A DNA stretch of 63,677 nt, the filler included. It is 11 parts of 11 records of this genome, joined end to end, with 100 filler letters (N's around TTAATTAATTAA, not from the genome) between each part and the next. Parts side by side here need not be neighbours in the genome. Positions count along the whole stretch, not along the records: positions 1 to 3,724 come from SRR11831586_861; positions 3,825 to 6,782 come from SRR11831586_862; positions 6,883 to 18,359 come from SRR11831586_867; 8 more parts are not named here. One strand, 5' to 3'. Of this stretch, positions 1-10,968 are shown in pieces; positions within the stretch are counted from its first letter, which is position 1; each line of letters starts with the position of its first letter. The position numbers and the translations under genes were made by a program. Below the pieces are notes generated by a model. It did no database searches and was not told where the DNA came from. It was given only the letters and a program-made list of their open reading frames with translations.

Positions 1-51
1 CGTGCGCTGGACATTACCATCCTCCTCTGCGATTTATCATCGCAACCAAAC

Positions 52-130
52 GACTACGGGGTGCCCGTTCTGCGTGAAGGCTGAGAATACCCGTATCACC
101 TGATCTGGATAATGCCAGCGTAGGGAAGTC
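52..130 (+). promoter_or_regulatory. TPP (thi-box) riboswitch in thiM leader
   Basis: GGGGTGCCC...CTGAGA...ACCCG...ACCTGATCTGGATAATGCCAGCGTAGGGAAG directly upstream of thiM; matches the known E. coli thiM aptamer apart from about three single-base indels. Confidence 0.93.
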
Positions 131-177
131 ACGGACCACCAGGTCATTGCTTCTTCACGTTATGGCAGGAGCAAACT

Positions 178-966
178 ATGCAAGTCGACCTGCTGGGTTC
201 AGCGCAATCTGCGCACGCGTTACACCTTTTTCACCAACATTCCCCTCTTGTGCACTGCATGACCAATGATGTGGTGCAAACCTTTACCGCCAATACCTTG
301 CTGGCGCTCGGTGCATCGCCAGCGATGGTTATCGAAACCGAAGAGGCCAGTCAGTTTGCGGCTATCGCCAGTGCCTTGTTGATTAACGTTGGCACACTGA
401 CGCAGCCACGCGCTCAGGCGATGCGTGCTGCCGTTGAGCAAGCAAAAAGCTCTCAAACACCCTGGACGCTTGATCCAGTAGCGGTGGGTGCGCTCGATTA
501 TCGCCGCCATTTTTGTCATGAACTTTTATCTTTTAAACCGGCAGCGATACGTGGTAATGCTTCGGAAATCATGGCATTAGCTGGCATTGCTAATGGCGGA
601 CGGGGAGTGGATACCACTGACGCCGCAGCTAACGCGATACCCGCTGCACAAACACTGGCACGGGAAACTGGCGCAATCGTCGTGGTCACTGGCGAGATGG
701 ATTATGTTACCGATGGACATCGTATCATTGGTATTCACGGTGGTGATCCGTTAATGACCAAAGTGGTAGGAACTGGCTGTGCATTATCGGCGGTTGTCGC
801 TGCCTGCTGTGCGTTACCAGGCGATACGCTGGAAAATGTCGCATCTGCCTGTCACTGGATGAAACAAGCCGGAGAACGCGCAGTCGCCAGAAGCGAGGGG
901 CCAGGCAGTTTTGTTCCACATTTCCTTGATGCGCTCTGGCAATTGACGCAGGAGGTGCAGGCATGA
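178..966 (+). CDS. thiM: hydroxyethylthiazole kinase
   Basis: 262-aa ORF with [18 protein letters not shown] and GTGC motifs; downstream of TPP riboswitch. Confidence 0.98.
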
Positions 967-1763
967 AACGAATTAACGCTCTGACGATTGCCGGTACTGA
1001 TCCGAGTGGTGGTGCGGGGATTCAGGCCGATCTTAAAACCTTCTCGGCACTTGGCGCTTATGGTTGCTCAGTTATTACTGCACTGGTGGCGCAAAATACC
1101 CGTGGCGTACAGTCGGTGTATCGCATTGAGCCTGATTTTGTCGCCGCCCAGCTCGATTCGGTGTTCAGCGATGTGCGAATCGATACCACTAAAATCGGTA
1201 TGCTGGCGGAAACCGATATTGTTGAAGCGGTGGCAGAACGGTTGCAACGTTATCAGATCCAAAACGTGGTACTCGACACCGTTATGCTGGCAAAAAGCGG
1301 CGACCCGCTGCTTTCACCTTCGGCGGTTGCTACGCTGCGCAGTCGATTATTGCCACAGGTTTCATTAATAACGCCAAACTTGCCCGAAGCTGCCGCCTTG
1401 CTCGACGCGCCACACGCGCGCACCGAACAGGAAATGCTGGAACAAGGGCGATCGCTGTTGGCGATGGGCTGTGGCGCAGTGCTAATGAAAGGTGGTCATC
1501 TGGATGATGAGCAAAGCCCGGACTGGCTGTTTACCCGCGAGGGTGAACAACGGTTTACCGCACCGCGCATTATGACCAAAAACACCCACGGCACTGGTTG
1601 TACACTCTCTGCGGCGTTGGCTGCACTACGCCCGCGCCATACAAACTGGGCTGACACCGTACAGGAGGCAAAAAGCTGGCTTTCATCGGCGTTAGCCCAG
1701 GCCGACACGCTGGAAGTTGGTCACGGTATTGGTCCGGTTCACCACTTCCACGCCTGGTGGTGA
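963..1763 (+). CDS. thiD: hydroxymethylpyrimidine/phosphomethylpyrimidine kinase
   Basis: 266 aa; [19 protein letters not shown] and HGTGCTLS motifs; ATGA overlap with thiM. Confidence 0.98.
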
Positions 1764-1827
1764 GCACCGTACTATAGCTGCTTTGGTTATTGTCAGCCTT
1801 TGGCACTGACATTCAGGGATGAAACCA

Positions 1828-2646
1828 ATGCAGCTAAGAATTACCAGTCGAAAAAAACTCACCTCTCTATTATGCGCTCTTGGGCTAATTTCCATCGTTG
1901 CAATTTATCCGCGTCAGACGGTGAATTTTTTCTATTCGACAGCAGTTCAGATTACAGACTACATCCACTTCTACGGTTATCGCCCGGTTAAATCTTTCGC
2001 TATTCGCATTCCTGCCAGTTACACCATTCACGGAATAGATGTTTCGCGCTGGCAGGAGCGGATCGACTGGCAGCGGGTGGCAAAAATGCGCGACAATGGT
2101 ATCCGCTTACAGTTTGCTTTTATTAAGGCGACGGAAGGCGAAAAGCTGGTGGACCCCTATTTTTCGCGTAACTGGCAACTAAGCCGCGAAAATGGCCTGC
2201 TGCGTGGGGCGTATCATTATTTCTCCCCGTCGGTATCCGCTTCAGTTCAGGCGAGATTATTTCTGCAAACGGTGGATTTCTCACAAGGCGATTTCCCTGC
2301 CGTGCTGGACGTAGAAGAACGGGGAAAATTATCGGCAAAAGAATTACGCAAGCGGGTAAGTCAGTGGCTAAAAATGGTCGAAAAAAGTACGGGGAAAAAG
2401 CCGATTATTTACTCAGGAGCCGTTTTTTATCACACCAATCTGGCGGGCTATTTCAATGAATATCCGTGGTGGGTGGCTCACTACTATCAACGTCGTCCGG
2501 ACAATGACGGAATGGCCTGGCGCTTCTGGCAGCATTCCGACCGTGGACAGGTAGATGGCATCAATGGTCCGGTGGATTTTAATGTATTTAATGGCACGGT
2601 GGAGGAGTTGCAGGCATTCGTTGATGGGATTAAAGAAACGCCTTAA
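1828..2646 (+). CDS. yegX: GH25 lysozyme-like glycosyl hydrolase
   Basis: GIDVSRWQ, KATEG, GAYHY and LDVE GH25 motifs; synteny with thiD; alternative ATG at 1819. Confidence 0.93.
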   Translation: MQLRITSRKKLTSLLCALGLISIVAIYPRQTVNFFYSTAVQITDYIHFYGYRPVKSFAIRIPASYTIHGIDVSRWQERIDWQRVAKMRDNGIRLQFAFIKATEGEKLVDPYFSRNWQLSRENGLLRGAYHYFSPSVSASVQARLFLQTVDFSQGDFPAVLDVEERGKLSAKELRKRVSQWLKMVEKSTGKKPIIYSGAVFYHTNLAGYFNEYPWWVAHYYQRRPDNDGMAWRFWQHSDRGQVDGINGPVDFNVFNGTVEELQAFVDGIKETP

Positions 2647-2697
2647 ATAAGAAGCAGTGATATACTCCCACCAGACTCCCCGGCAGGAAAAAGACAA

Positions 2698-3444
2698 ATG
2701 GAACAAGCGCATACCCAGCTGATTGCCCAACTGAACGAGCGTATTTTAGCGGCGGATAACACGCCGCTTTATATTAAGTTTGCCGAAACGGTAAAAAATG
2801 CCGTGCGCAGCGGGGTGCTGGAGCATGGCAATATTTTGCCCGGTGAGCGTGATTTAAGTCAGTTAACCGGCGTTTCGCGCATTACGGTGCGCAAGGCGAT
2901 GCAGGCGCTGGAAGAAGAGGGTGTGGTGACGCGTTCGCGCGGTTACGGCACGCAGATCAACAACATCTTCGAATACTCGTTGAAAGAAGCGCGAGGTTTT
3001 TCTCAGCAGGTGGTATTGCGCGGGAAAAAGCCCGATACGCTATGGGTTAACAAGCGTGTCGTGAAATGTCCCGAAGAAGTCGCGCAGCAGCTGGCGGTCG
3101 AAGCAGGAAGTGATGTCTTTTTGCTTAAGCGTATTCGCTATGTCGATGAAGAAGCGGTATCGATTGAGGAATCGTGGGTTCCGGCGCATTTAATTCATGA
3201 TGTTGATGCCATCGGGATTTCACTTTATGACTATTTCCGCAGCCAGCACATTTACCCACAACGTACGCGTTCCCGCGTTAGCGCCCGGATGCCGGATGCC
3301 GAGTTTCAGTCACATATTCAGTTAGATAGCAAAATACCGGTGCTGGTGATCAAGCAAGTGGCGCTTGACCAACAGCAACGGCCTATTGAGTACAGCATTA
3401 GCCACTGTCGCAGCGATCTATACGTTTTTGTGTGCGAGGAGTAG
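2698..3444 (+). CDS. yegW: GntR-family (UTRA) transcriptional regulator
   Basis: 248 aa; LPGERDL...VSRITVRKA winged-HTH; synteny. Confidence 0.94.
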   Translation: MEQAHTQLIAQLNERILAADNTPLYIKFAETVKNAVRSGVLEHGNILPGERDLSQLTGVSRITVRKAMQALEEEGVVTRSRGYGTQINNIFEYSLKEARGFSQQVVLRGKKPDTLWVNKRVVKCPEEVAQQLAVEAGSDVFLLKRIRYVDEEAVSIEESWVPAHLIHDVDAIGISLYDYFRSQHIYPQRTRSRVSARMPDAEFQSHIQLDSKIPVLVIKQVALDQQQRPIEYSISHCRSDLYVFVCEE

Positions 3445-3723
3445 TTCCTCGCGCGTTGGCGCACAATCACCGCCCCGATGCCCGACAACCCACGACGCCA
3501 CTGCATTGCCCAGTAATACGGCATCCGCCAGTGGCAGACCAGAGGCCAGCCCGGCAAGTACGCCACCGGCATGACTGTCGCCCGCCCCAATGGTGTCGAC
3601 AACTTGCGTTGGAAATGCCGGAATGCAGCCAGAAGCGTCGTTGCTGAAATACCATGCGCCTTCTTTATCGAGACGAACGATCAACGGCGCGGCAAATTTC
3701 TCCTGCCATTGCTTGCCAAGTGT
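3418..3723 (-). CDS. yegV: PfkB-family sugar kinase, 3' part only (truncated by contig end)
   Basis: VDTIGAGDSH PfkB signature; convergent with yegW. Confidence 0.9.
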   Translation of the reverse strand, partial: TLGKQWQEKFAAPLIVRLDKEGAWYFSNDASGCIPAFPTQVVDTIGAGDSHAGGVLAGLASGLPLADAVLLGNAVASWVVGHRGGDCAPTREELLLAHKNV

Positions 3724-3724
3724 T

Positions 3725-3824
3725 NNNNNNNNNNNNNNNNNNNNNNNNNNNNNNNNNNNNNNNNNNNNTTAATTAATTAANNNNNNNNNNNNNNNNNNNN
3801 NNNNNNNNNNNNNNNNNNNNNNNN
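3725..3824. other. artificial contig linker (44N-TTAATTAATTAA-44N)
   Basis: 100-nt spacer with a six-frame stop core; flanking genes truncated and non-syntenic. Confidence 0.99.
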
Positions 3825-3904
3825 GTCTGGATCACATAATCCAGATATTTTCCCTGTATGTTAATTGCAGTCATGCTTCACACCGTCGTTAAAAAGGAAG
3901 ACAG

Positions 3905-4954
3905 ATGAAAATCAGTCGGGAAACACTCCACCAGCTAATTGAGAATAAACTCTGCCAGGCTGGGTTAAAACGTGAGCACGCTGCAACCGTGGCTGAAGTA
4001 TTGGTTTACGCCGATGCCAGAGGGATCCACTCTCATGGCGCGGTGCGCGTGGAATACTACGCGGAACGCATTTCAAAAGGCGGCACCAACCGCGAACCGG
4101 AGTTTCGTCTTGAGGAAACCGGGCCGTGCTCGGCAATTTTACATGCCGACAATGCCGCCGGACAGGTCGCGGCGAAAATGGGTATGGAACATGCCATCAA
4201 AACCGCCCAGCAAAATGGCGTTGCGGTGGTCGGTATCAGCCGGATGGGTCACAGCGGCGCAATCTCTTATTTTGTGCAGCAGGCAGCCCGCGCCGGATTC
4301 ATTGGCATTTCGATGTGCCAGTCCGATCCAATGGTGGTGCCGTTTGGCGGCGCGGAAATTTACTACGGTACTAACCCCCTGGCCTTTGCCGCGCCGGGAG
4401 AAGGCGACGAGATCCTTACCTTTGATATGGCGACTACCGTACAGGCATGGGGAAAAGTGCTCGACGCCCGCTCGCGTAATATGTCTATCCCGGATACCTG
4501 GGCGGTCGATAAAAACGGTGTACCAACAACCGATCCGTTCGCGGTACATGCTCTGCTCCCCGCCGCCGGGCCAAAAGGGTATGGCCTGATGATGATGATT
4601 GACGTCCTCTCAGGCGTCTTACTCGGCTTACCGTTCGGGCGACAGGTTAGTTCGATGTATGACGATTTACACGCAGGGCGTAATTTGGGGCAATTACATA
4701 TAGTTATTAATCCGAACTTTTTCTCCTCCAGCGAATTATTCCGTCAACATCTTAGCCAGACCATGCGCGAATTAAATGCCATTACCCCCGCGCCCGGTTT
4801 TAATCAGGTTTATTATCCCGGACAGGATCAGGATATTAAACAACGCAAAGCCGCCGTCGAAGGCATCGAAATTGTTGATGATATTTACCAGTATTTAATT
4901 TCCGACGCGCTTTATAACACGTCATACGAAACGAAAAATCCCTTTGCGCAATAA
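3905..4954 (+). CDS. allD: ureidoglycolate dehydrogenase
   Basis: 349 aa, Ldh_2 family (GIHSHG, GTNPLAF, FDMATT, GPKGYGL). Confidence 0.97.
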   Translation: MKISRETLHQLIENKLCQAGLKREHAATVAEVLVYADARGIHSHGAVRVEYYAERISKGGTNREPEFRLEETGPCSAILHADNAAGQVAAKMGMEHAIKTAQQNGVAVVGISRMGHSGAISYFVQQAARAGFIGISMCQSDPMVVPFGGAEIYYGTNPLAFAAPGEGDEILTFDMATTVQAWGKVLDARSRNMSIPDTWAVDKNGVPTTDPFAVHALLPAAGPKGYGLMMMIDVLSGVLLGLPFGRQVSSMYDDLHAGRNLGQLHIVINPNFFSSSELFRQHLSQTMRELNAITPAPGFNQVYYPGQDQDIKQRKAAVEGIEIVDDIYQYLISDALYNTSYETKNPFAQ

Positions 4955-4975
4955 TTATTGAGACAGGACTTTCTT

Positions 4976-6211
4976 ATGATTACACATTTCCGTCAAGCTA
5001 TAGAAGAAACGCTGCCCTGGCTTTCCTCTTTTGGCGCTGACCCAGCGGGTGGGATGACCCGTTTACTTTATTCGCCGGAATGGCTGGAAACCCAGCAGCA
5101 ATTTAAAAAAAGAATGGCAGCAAGCGGGCTGGAAACACGTTTCGATGAAGTGGGGAATTTATACGGTCGCCTGAATGGCACCGAATATCCACAGGAAGTG
5201 GTTCTGAGCGGTTCGCATATCGATACCGTGGTTAACGGCGGTAACCTTGACGGGCAATTCGGCGCGCTGGCGGCGTGGCTGGCAATTGACTGGCTGAAAA
5301 CGCAATACGGCGCGCCGCTACGTACGGTCGAAGTGGTGGCGATGGCAGAAGAAGAAGGCAGCCGCTTCCCGTATGTCTTCTGGGGCAGTAAAAATATTTT
5401 TGGGCTGGCGAATCCTGACGACGTGCGGAATATCTGTGATGCCAAAGGAAATAGTTTTGTCGATGCGATGAAGGCTTGCGGATTTACTCTTCCGAACGCC
5501 CCACTAACTCCGCGTCAGGATATTAAAGCCTTTGTTGAACTGCATATTGAACAGGGCTGTGTGCTGGAAAGTAATGGGCAATCAATTGGCGTGGTGAATG
5601 CAATTGTCGGGCAGCGTCGTTATACGGTAACGCTGAACGGCGAATCAAACCATGCAGGCACCACGCCGATGGGTTATCGTCGTGATACAGTTTACGCTTT
5701 CAGTCGCATTTGCCATCAGTCGGTCGAAAAAGCGAAAAGGATGGGCGATCCGCTGGTTCTGACCTTTGGCAAAGTAGAGCCGCGCCCGAATACGGTAAAT
5801 GTGGTGCCGGGTAAAACCACGTTCACCATTGATTGTCGTCATACCGACGCTGCCGTGCTGCGCGATTTCACCCAACAGTTAGAAAACGACATGCGGGCGA
5901 TTTGCGATGAAATGGACATTGGTATTGATATCGATTTATGGATGGACGAAGAACCCGTGCCGATGAATAAGGAGCTGGTCGCCACCCTGACAGAATTGTG
6001 TGAAAGAGAAAAACTGAATTACCGGGTGATGCACAGTGGTGCCGGGCACGACGCGCAAATTTTCGCGCCTCGCGTACCAACCTGCATGATTTTTATCCCC
6101 AGCATCAACGGGATCAGCCATAACCCGGCGGAACGCACCAATATTACCGACCTTGCCGAAGGGGTCAAAACGTTGGCACTCATGCTTTATCAACTTGCCT
6201 GGCAGAAATAA
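4976..6211 (+). CDS. allC: allantoate amidohydrolase
   Basis: 411 aa from ATG 4976; GSHIDTV, EEEGSRF, ELHIEQG and SGAGHDA M20-family motifs. Confidence 0.97.
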   Translation: MITHFRQAIEETLPWLSSFGADPAGGMTRLLYSPEWLETQQQFKKRMAASGLETRFDEVGNLYGRLNGTEYPQEVVLSGSHIDTVVNGGNLDGQFGALAAWLAIDWLKTQYGAPLRTVEVVAMAEEEGSRFPYVFWGSKNIFGLANPDDVRNICDAKGNSFVDAMKACGFTLPNAPLTPRQDIKAFVELHIEQGCVLESNGQSIGVVNAIVGQRRYTVTLNGESNHAGTTPMGYRRDTVYAFSRICHQSVEKAKRMGDPLVLTFGKVEPRPNTVNVVPGKTTFTIDCRHTDAAVLRDFTQQLENDMRAICDEMDIGIDIDLWMDEEPVPMNKELVATLTELCEREKLNYRVMHSGAGHDAQIFAPRVPTCMIFIPSINGISHNPAERTNITDLAEGVKTLALMLYQLAWQK

Positions 6212-6221
6212 GGAGTCATAA

Positions 6222-6782
6222 ATGGGATATTTAAATAACGTCACCGGTTACCGCGAAGATTTACTGGCTAACCGTGCGATTGTTAAACACGGTAATTTCG
6301 CACTGTTAACCCCGGATGGTCTGGTAAAAAATATTATTCCGGGCTTTGAAAATTGTGACGCGACAATCCTCTCCACGCCAAAGCTGGGTGCCTCTTTTGT
6401 TGATTATCTGGTCACACTGCATCAAAACGGTGGCAACCAACAGGGCTTCGGTGGCGAAGGCATTGAAACGTTCCTGTATGTGATCTCTGGAAATATCACT
6501 GCCAAAGCCGAAGGCAAAACATTTGCCTTAAGCGAAGGTGGCTATCTTTATTGCCCGCCAGGCTCCTTAATGACGTTTGTTAACGCCCAGGCCGAAGACA
6601 GCCAAATCTTTTTATATAAGCGCCGCTATGTTCCGGTAGAAGGCTATGCACCGTGGCTGGTTTCTGGCAATGCCAGCGAACTGGAACGCATTCATTATGA
6701 AGGCATGGACGATGTTATTCTGCTGGATTTTCTGCCCAAAGAGTTAGGTTTTGATATGAACATGCATATCCTCTCTTTTGCA
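6222..6782 (+). CDS. allE: (S)-ureidoglycine aminohydrolase, 5' part (truncated)
   Basis: cupin-type ORF MGYLNNVTGYREDLL following allC; runs into linker. Confidence 0.94.
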
Positions 6783-6882
6783 NNNNNNNNNNNNNNNNNN
6801 NNNNNNNNNNNNNNNNNNNNNNNNNNTTAATTAATTAANNNNNNNNNNNNNNNNNNNNNNNNNNNNNNNNNNNNNNNNNNNN
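6783..6882. other. artificial contig linker
   Basis: 44N-TTAATTAATTAA-44N. Confidence 0.99.
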
Positions 6883-6883
6883 T

Positions 6884-7234
6884 CCCCCGTTGGTCGGGGA
6901 CTATACGCTCTATACCGTACAGCGTCCGGTGACTATTACTCTGCTGGGTGCGGTTTCTGGGGCCGGGCAATTGCCCTGGCAGGCAGGCCGTAGCGTTACC
7001 GATTATCTGCAAGATCACCCCCGCCTTGCAGGCGCGGACAAGAATAACGTTATGGTGATTACGCCTGAGGGTGAGACTGTCGTCGCCCCTGTTGCCCTGT
7101 GGAATAAAAGACATGTGGAACCACCGCCTGGCAGCCAGCTTTGGTTGGGCTTTTCTGCGCATGTACTGCCCGAAAAATATGCTGATTTAAATGACCAGAT
7201 TGTGTCTGTTTTAACGCAACGTGTTCCTGACTGA
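6884..7234 (+). CDS. gfcC: group 4 capsule protein GfcC, 3' part (truncated)
   Basis: open frame from contig start ending QRVPD*, overlapping the gfcD start. Confidence 0.9.
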
Positions 7235-9330
7235 TGAAGAAGAATTCTTATCTTTTAAGCTGCCTGGCCATTGCCGTCTCCAGTGCCTGTCATGCTGAAG
7301 TATTAACCTACCCGGATCCGCTGGGTTCGTCGCAATCAGACTTTGGCGGCACAGGATTGTTGCAGATGCCAAATGCGCGCATCGCACCGGAAGGTGAATT
7401 CAGCGTCAACTACCGGGATAACGATCAATACCGGTTCTACTCCACCTCCGTGGCGCTGTTCCCATGGCTGGAAGGCACCATTCGTTATACGGATGTGCGC
7501 ACACGCAAATATAGCCAGTGGGAAGATTTCAGCGGCGATCAGTCATACAAAGACAAATCATTCGATTTTAAACTTCGCCTGTGGGAAGAAGGTTACTGGC
7601 TACCGCAAGTGGCGTTTGGTAAACGTGATATTGCTGGTACGGGTCTGTTTGACGGTGAGTATCTGGTGGCCAGCAAGCAAGCGGGGCCATTTGATTTCAC
7701 CCTCGGGATGGCATGGGGCTACGCCGGTAATGCGGGCAATATTACCAACCCGTTTTGCCGGGTGAGCGATAAATATTGTCATCGCGCAGAGTCTCACGAT
7801 GCGGGCGATATCAGCTTTAGCGATATCTTTCGTGGCCCGGCTTCCATCTTTGGCGGCATTGAGTATCAAACGCCGTGGAATCCCCTGCGTCTGAAACTCG
7901 AATACGATGGAAACAATTACCAGAATGATTTCGCTGGCAAACTGCCTCAGGCAAGCCATTTCAACGTCGGCGCAGTTTATCGCGCTGCCAGCTGGGCAGA
8001 TCTCAACCTGAGTTATGAACGCGGTAACACGTTGATGTTTGGCTTCACGTTACGGACCAATTTCAACGATCTGCGCCCTGCCCTGCGCGATACGCCAAAA
8101 CCGGCATATCAACCTGCGCCTGAATCTGAAGGATTGCAGTACACCACGGTAGCAAACCAACTTACCGCCCTGAAGTATAACGCGGGCTTTGACGCGCCAG
8201 AAATTCAGCTACGCGATAAGACACTGTATATGTCTGGTCAGCAATACAAATACCGTGACTCTCGTGAAGCGGTCGATCGTGCCAACCGGATTCTGGTGAA
8301 TAACCTGCCGCAAGGCGTTGAGAAGATTAGCGTGACGCAAAAGCGCGAGCATATGGCGATGGTGACTACCGAAACCGACGTAGCCAGCCTGCGCAAACAG
8401 CTGGCAGGTACAGCGCCTGGTCAATCAGAGCCACTGCAACAACAACGTGTTGAAGCTGAAGATCTTTCTGCCTTTGGTCGGGGCTACCGTATTCGTGAAG
8501 ATCGCTTTAGCTACTCTTTCAACCCAACACTTTCACAGTCGCTGGGCGGCCCGGAAGATTTCTATATGTTCCAGCTGGGGCTGATGTCCAGTGCCCGCTA
8601 CTGGTTTACCGACCACCTGCTGCTTGATGGCGGTATTTTCACCAATATTTACAACAACTACGACAAGTTTAAGTCTTCGCTGTTGCCCGCGGACTCTACC
8701 CTGCCCCGCGTGCGCACGCATATCCGTGACTACGTTCGCAATGACGTTTATCTCAACAACTTGCAGGCGAACTATTTTGCTGACTTAGGCAATGGTTTCT
8801 ATGGCCAGGTGTATGGCGGTTATCTGGAAACGATGTACGCCGGTGTCGGTTCCGAGCTGCTTTATCGCCCGCTAGATGCCTGCTGGGCGCTGGGTGTGGA
8901 CGTTAACTACGTGAAGCAACGTGACTGGGACAACATGATGCGTTTCACCGATTATTCCACGCCAACAGGTTTCGTGACGGCTTACTGGAACCCGCCGACG
9001 CTCAATGGCGTACTGATGAAACTTAGCGTTGGGCAATATCTGGCAAAAGATAAAGGCGCAACGATCGACGTCGCCAAACGCTTTGACAGCGGCGTGGCGG
9101 TAGGGGTATGGGCGGCAATCAGTAACGTATCTAAAGATGACTACGGCGAAGGCGGCTTTAGTAAAGGTTTTTATATCTCGATTCCATTCGACTTGATGAC
9201 CATTGGACCTAACCGCAACCGCGCGGTGGTTTCGTGGACACCATTGACGCGTGATGGTGGACAAATGCTGTCACGCAAATACCAGCTCTATCCAATGACG
9301 GCAGAGCGAGAAGTACCGGTTGGACAATAA
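7234..9330 (+). CDS. gfcD: group 4 capsule outer-membrane protein (YjbH family)
   Basis: 698 aa; signal peptide, [12 protein letters not shown] and LTRDGGQML YjbH-family motifs. Confidence 0.96.
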
Positions 9331-9375
9331 CCTGACGTAATTCATAACATTACATTGACTGATAAATATAAACCA

Positions 9376-10515
9376 ATGAAAAAGAACATTTTTAAGTTTT
9401 CGGTACTGACATTGGCTGTTCTGTCTTTGACAGCATGTACCCTTGTTCCTGGTCAGAATTTATCGACCAGTAACAAGGATGTCATTGAACTACCTGACAA
9501 TCAGTATGACCTGGACAAAATGGTCAATATCTATCCCGTCACGCCAGGATTGATTGATCAGTTGCGCGCCAAACCGATTATGTCGCAGGCTAACCCGGAG
9601 CTGGAGCAGCAAATCGCAAACTATGAATATCGTATCGGGATTGGTGATGTGTTGATGGTTACGGTCTGGGATCACCCGGAACTAACCACCCCCGCAGGGC
9701 AATACCGTAGCGCCAGTGATACCGGCAACTGGGTTAACGCCGATGGTGCGATTTTCTACCCCTATATTGGTCGCCTGAAAGTGGCCGGGAAAACACTTAC
9801 CCAGGTACGCAACGAGATTACAGCGCGTCTCGATTCAGTCATTGAAAGCCCGCAAGTCGATGTCAGCGTCGCGGCGTTCCGATCGCAAAAAGCGTACGTC
9901 ACCGGCGAAGTCAGCAAATCGGGTCAGCAGCCGATTACCAATATTCCTCTGACCATCATGGATGCGATTAACGCCGCGGGCGGTCTGACCGCAGATGCAG
10001 ACTGGCGCAACGTGGTGCTCACCCAGAATGGCGTAAAGACCAAAGTGAACCTCTATGCGCTGATGCAGCGTGGCGACTTGCGCCAGAACAAACTGCTGCA
10101 CCCGGGCGATATTTTATTTATTCCGCGCAACGATGATCTGAAAGTCTTCGTGATGGGTGAAGTGGGTAAACAGAGCACGCTGAAAATGGACCGCAGCGGT
10201 ATGACCCTGGCGGAAGCGCTGGGTAACGCTGAGGGTATGAATCAGGATGTCGCTGATGCGACGGGGATTTTTGTTATTCGTGCAACGCAAAACAAGCAGA
10301 ATGGCAAAATCGCCAATATTTATCAGCTGAATGCGAAGGACGCATCGGCAATGATACTCGGAACGGAATTCCAGCTTGAACCTTACGACATTGTTTATGT
10401 CACTACCGCGCCGCTGGCTCGTTGGAACCGTGTGATTTCTCTGCTGGTACCGACGATTTCCGGGGTGCATGACCTGACAGAGACTTCACGGTGGATTCAA
10501 ACATGGCCCAACTAA
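9376..10515 (+). CDS. gfcE: Wza-like polysaccharide export lipoprotein
   Basis: 379 aa; lipobox [13 protein letters not shown] and WDHPEL motifs. Confidence 0.96.
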
Positions 10516-10949
10516 AATTTAACTCAATCCTGGTGGTTTGTACCGGCAACATTTGCCGTTCGCCCATTGGCGAGCGCTTGCTGCGTAAACGTCTGCCGGG
10601 CGTAAAAGTCAAATCGGCAGGTGTTCATGGTCTGGTAAAACACCCTGCAGATGCGACAGCGGCAGATGTTGCCGCTAATCATGGCGTATCTCTTGAAGGA
10701 CATGCCGGACGTAAGCTCACTGCTGAGATGGCACGAAATTACGATCTGATTCTGGCAATGGAGTCGGAACATATTGCTCAGGTTACCGCAATTGCTCCCG
10801 AGGTCCGCGGGAAGACAATGCTGTTTGGGCAATGGCTGGAACAGAAAGAGATCCCGGATCCCTATCGTAAAAGTCAGGACGCATTTGAACATGTCTACGG
10901 TATGTTGGAGCGCGCCAGTCAGGAATGGGCGAAGCGCCTCAGCCGGTAA
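10503..10949 (+). CDS. etp: low-molecular-weight protein-tyrosine phosphatase
   Basis: [10 protein letters not shown] active site and DPY motif. Confidence 0.97.
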
Positions 10950-10968
10950 TTTGAGTTTATAAAATACG

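Noticed and set aside
3418-3444. 27-nt 3' overlap of convergent yegW and yegV
   Set aside because: Both genes end normally; this appears to be the ordinary E. coli arrangement
3769-3780. Recurring TTAATTAATTAA palindrome as a biological repeat or CRISPR-like element
   Set aside because: Always centred in exactly 44+44 Ns and gives stops in all six frames; it is an assembly linker
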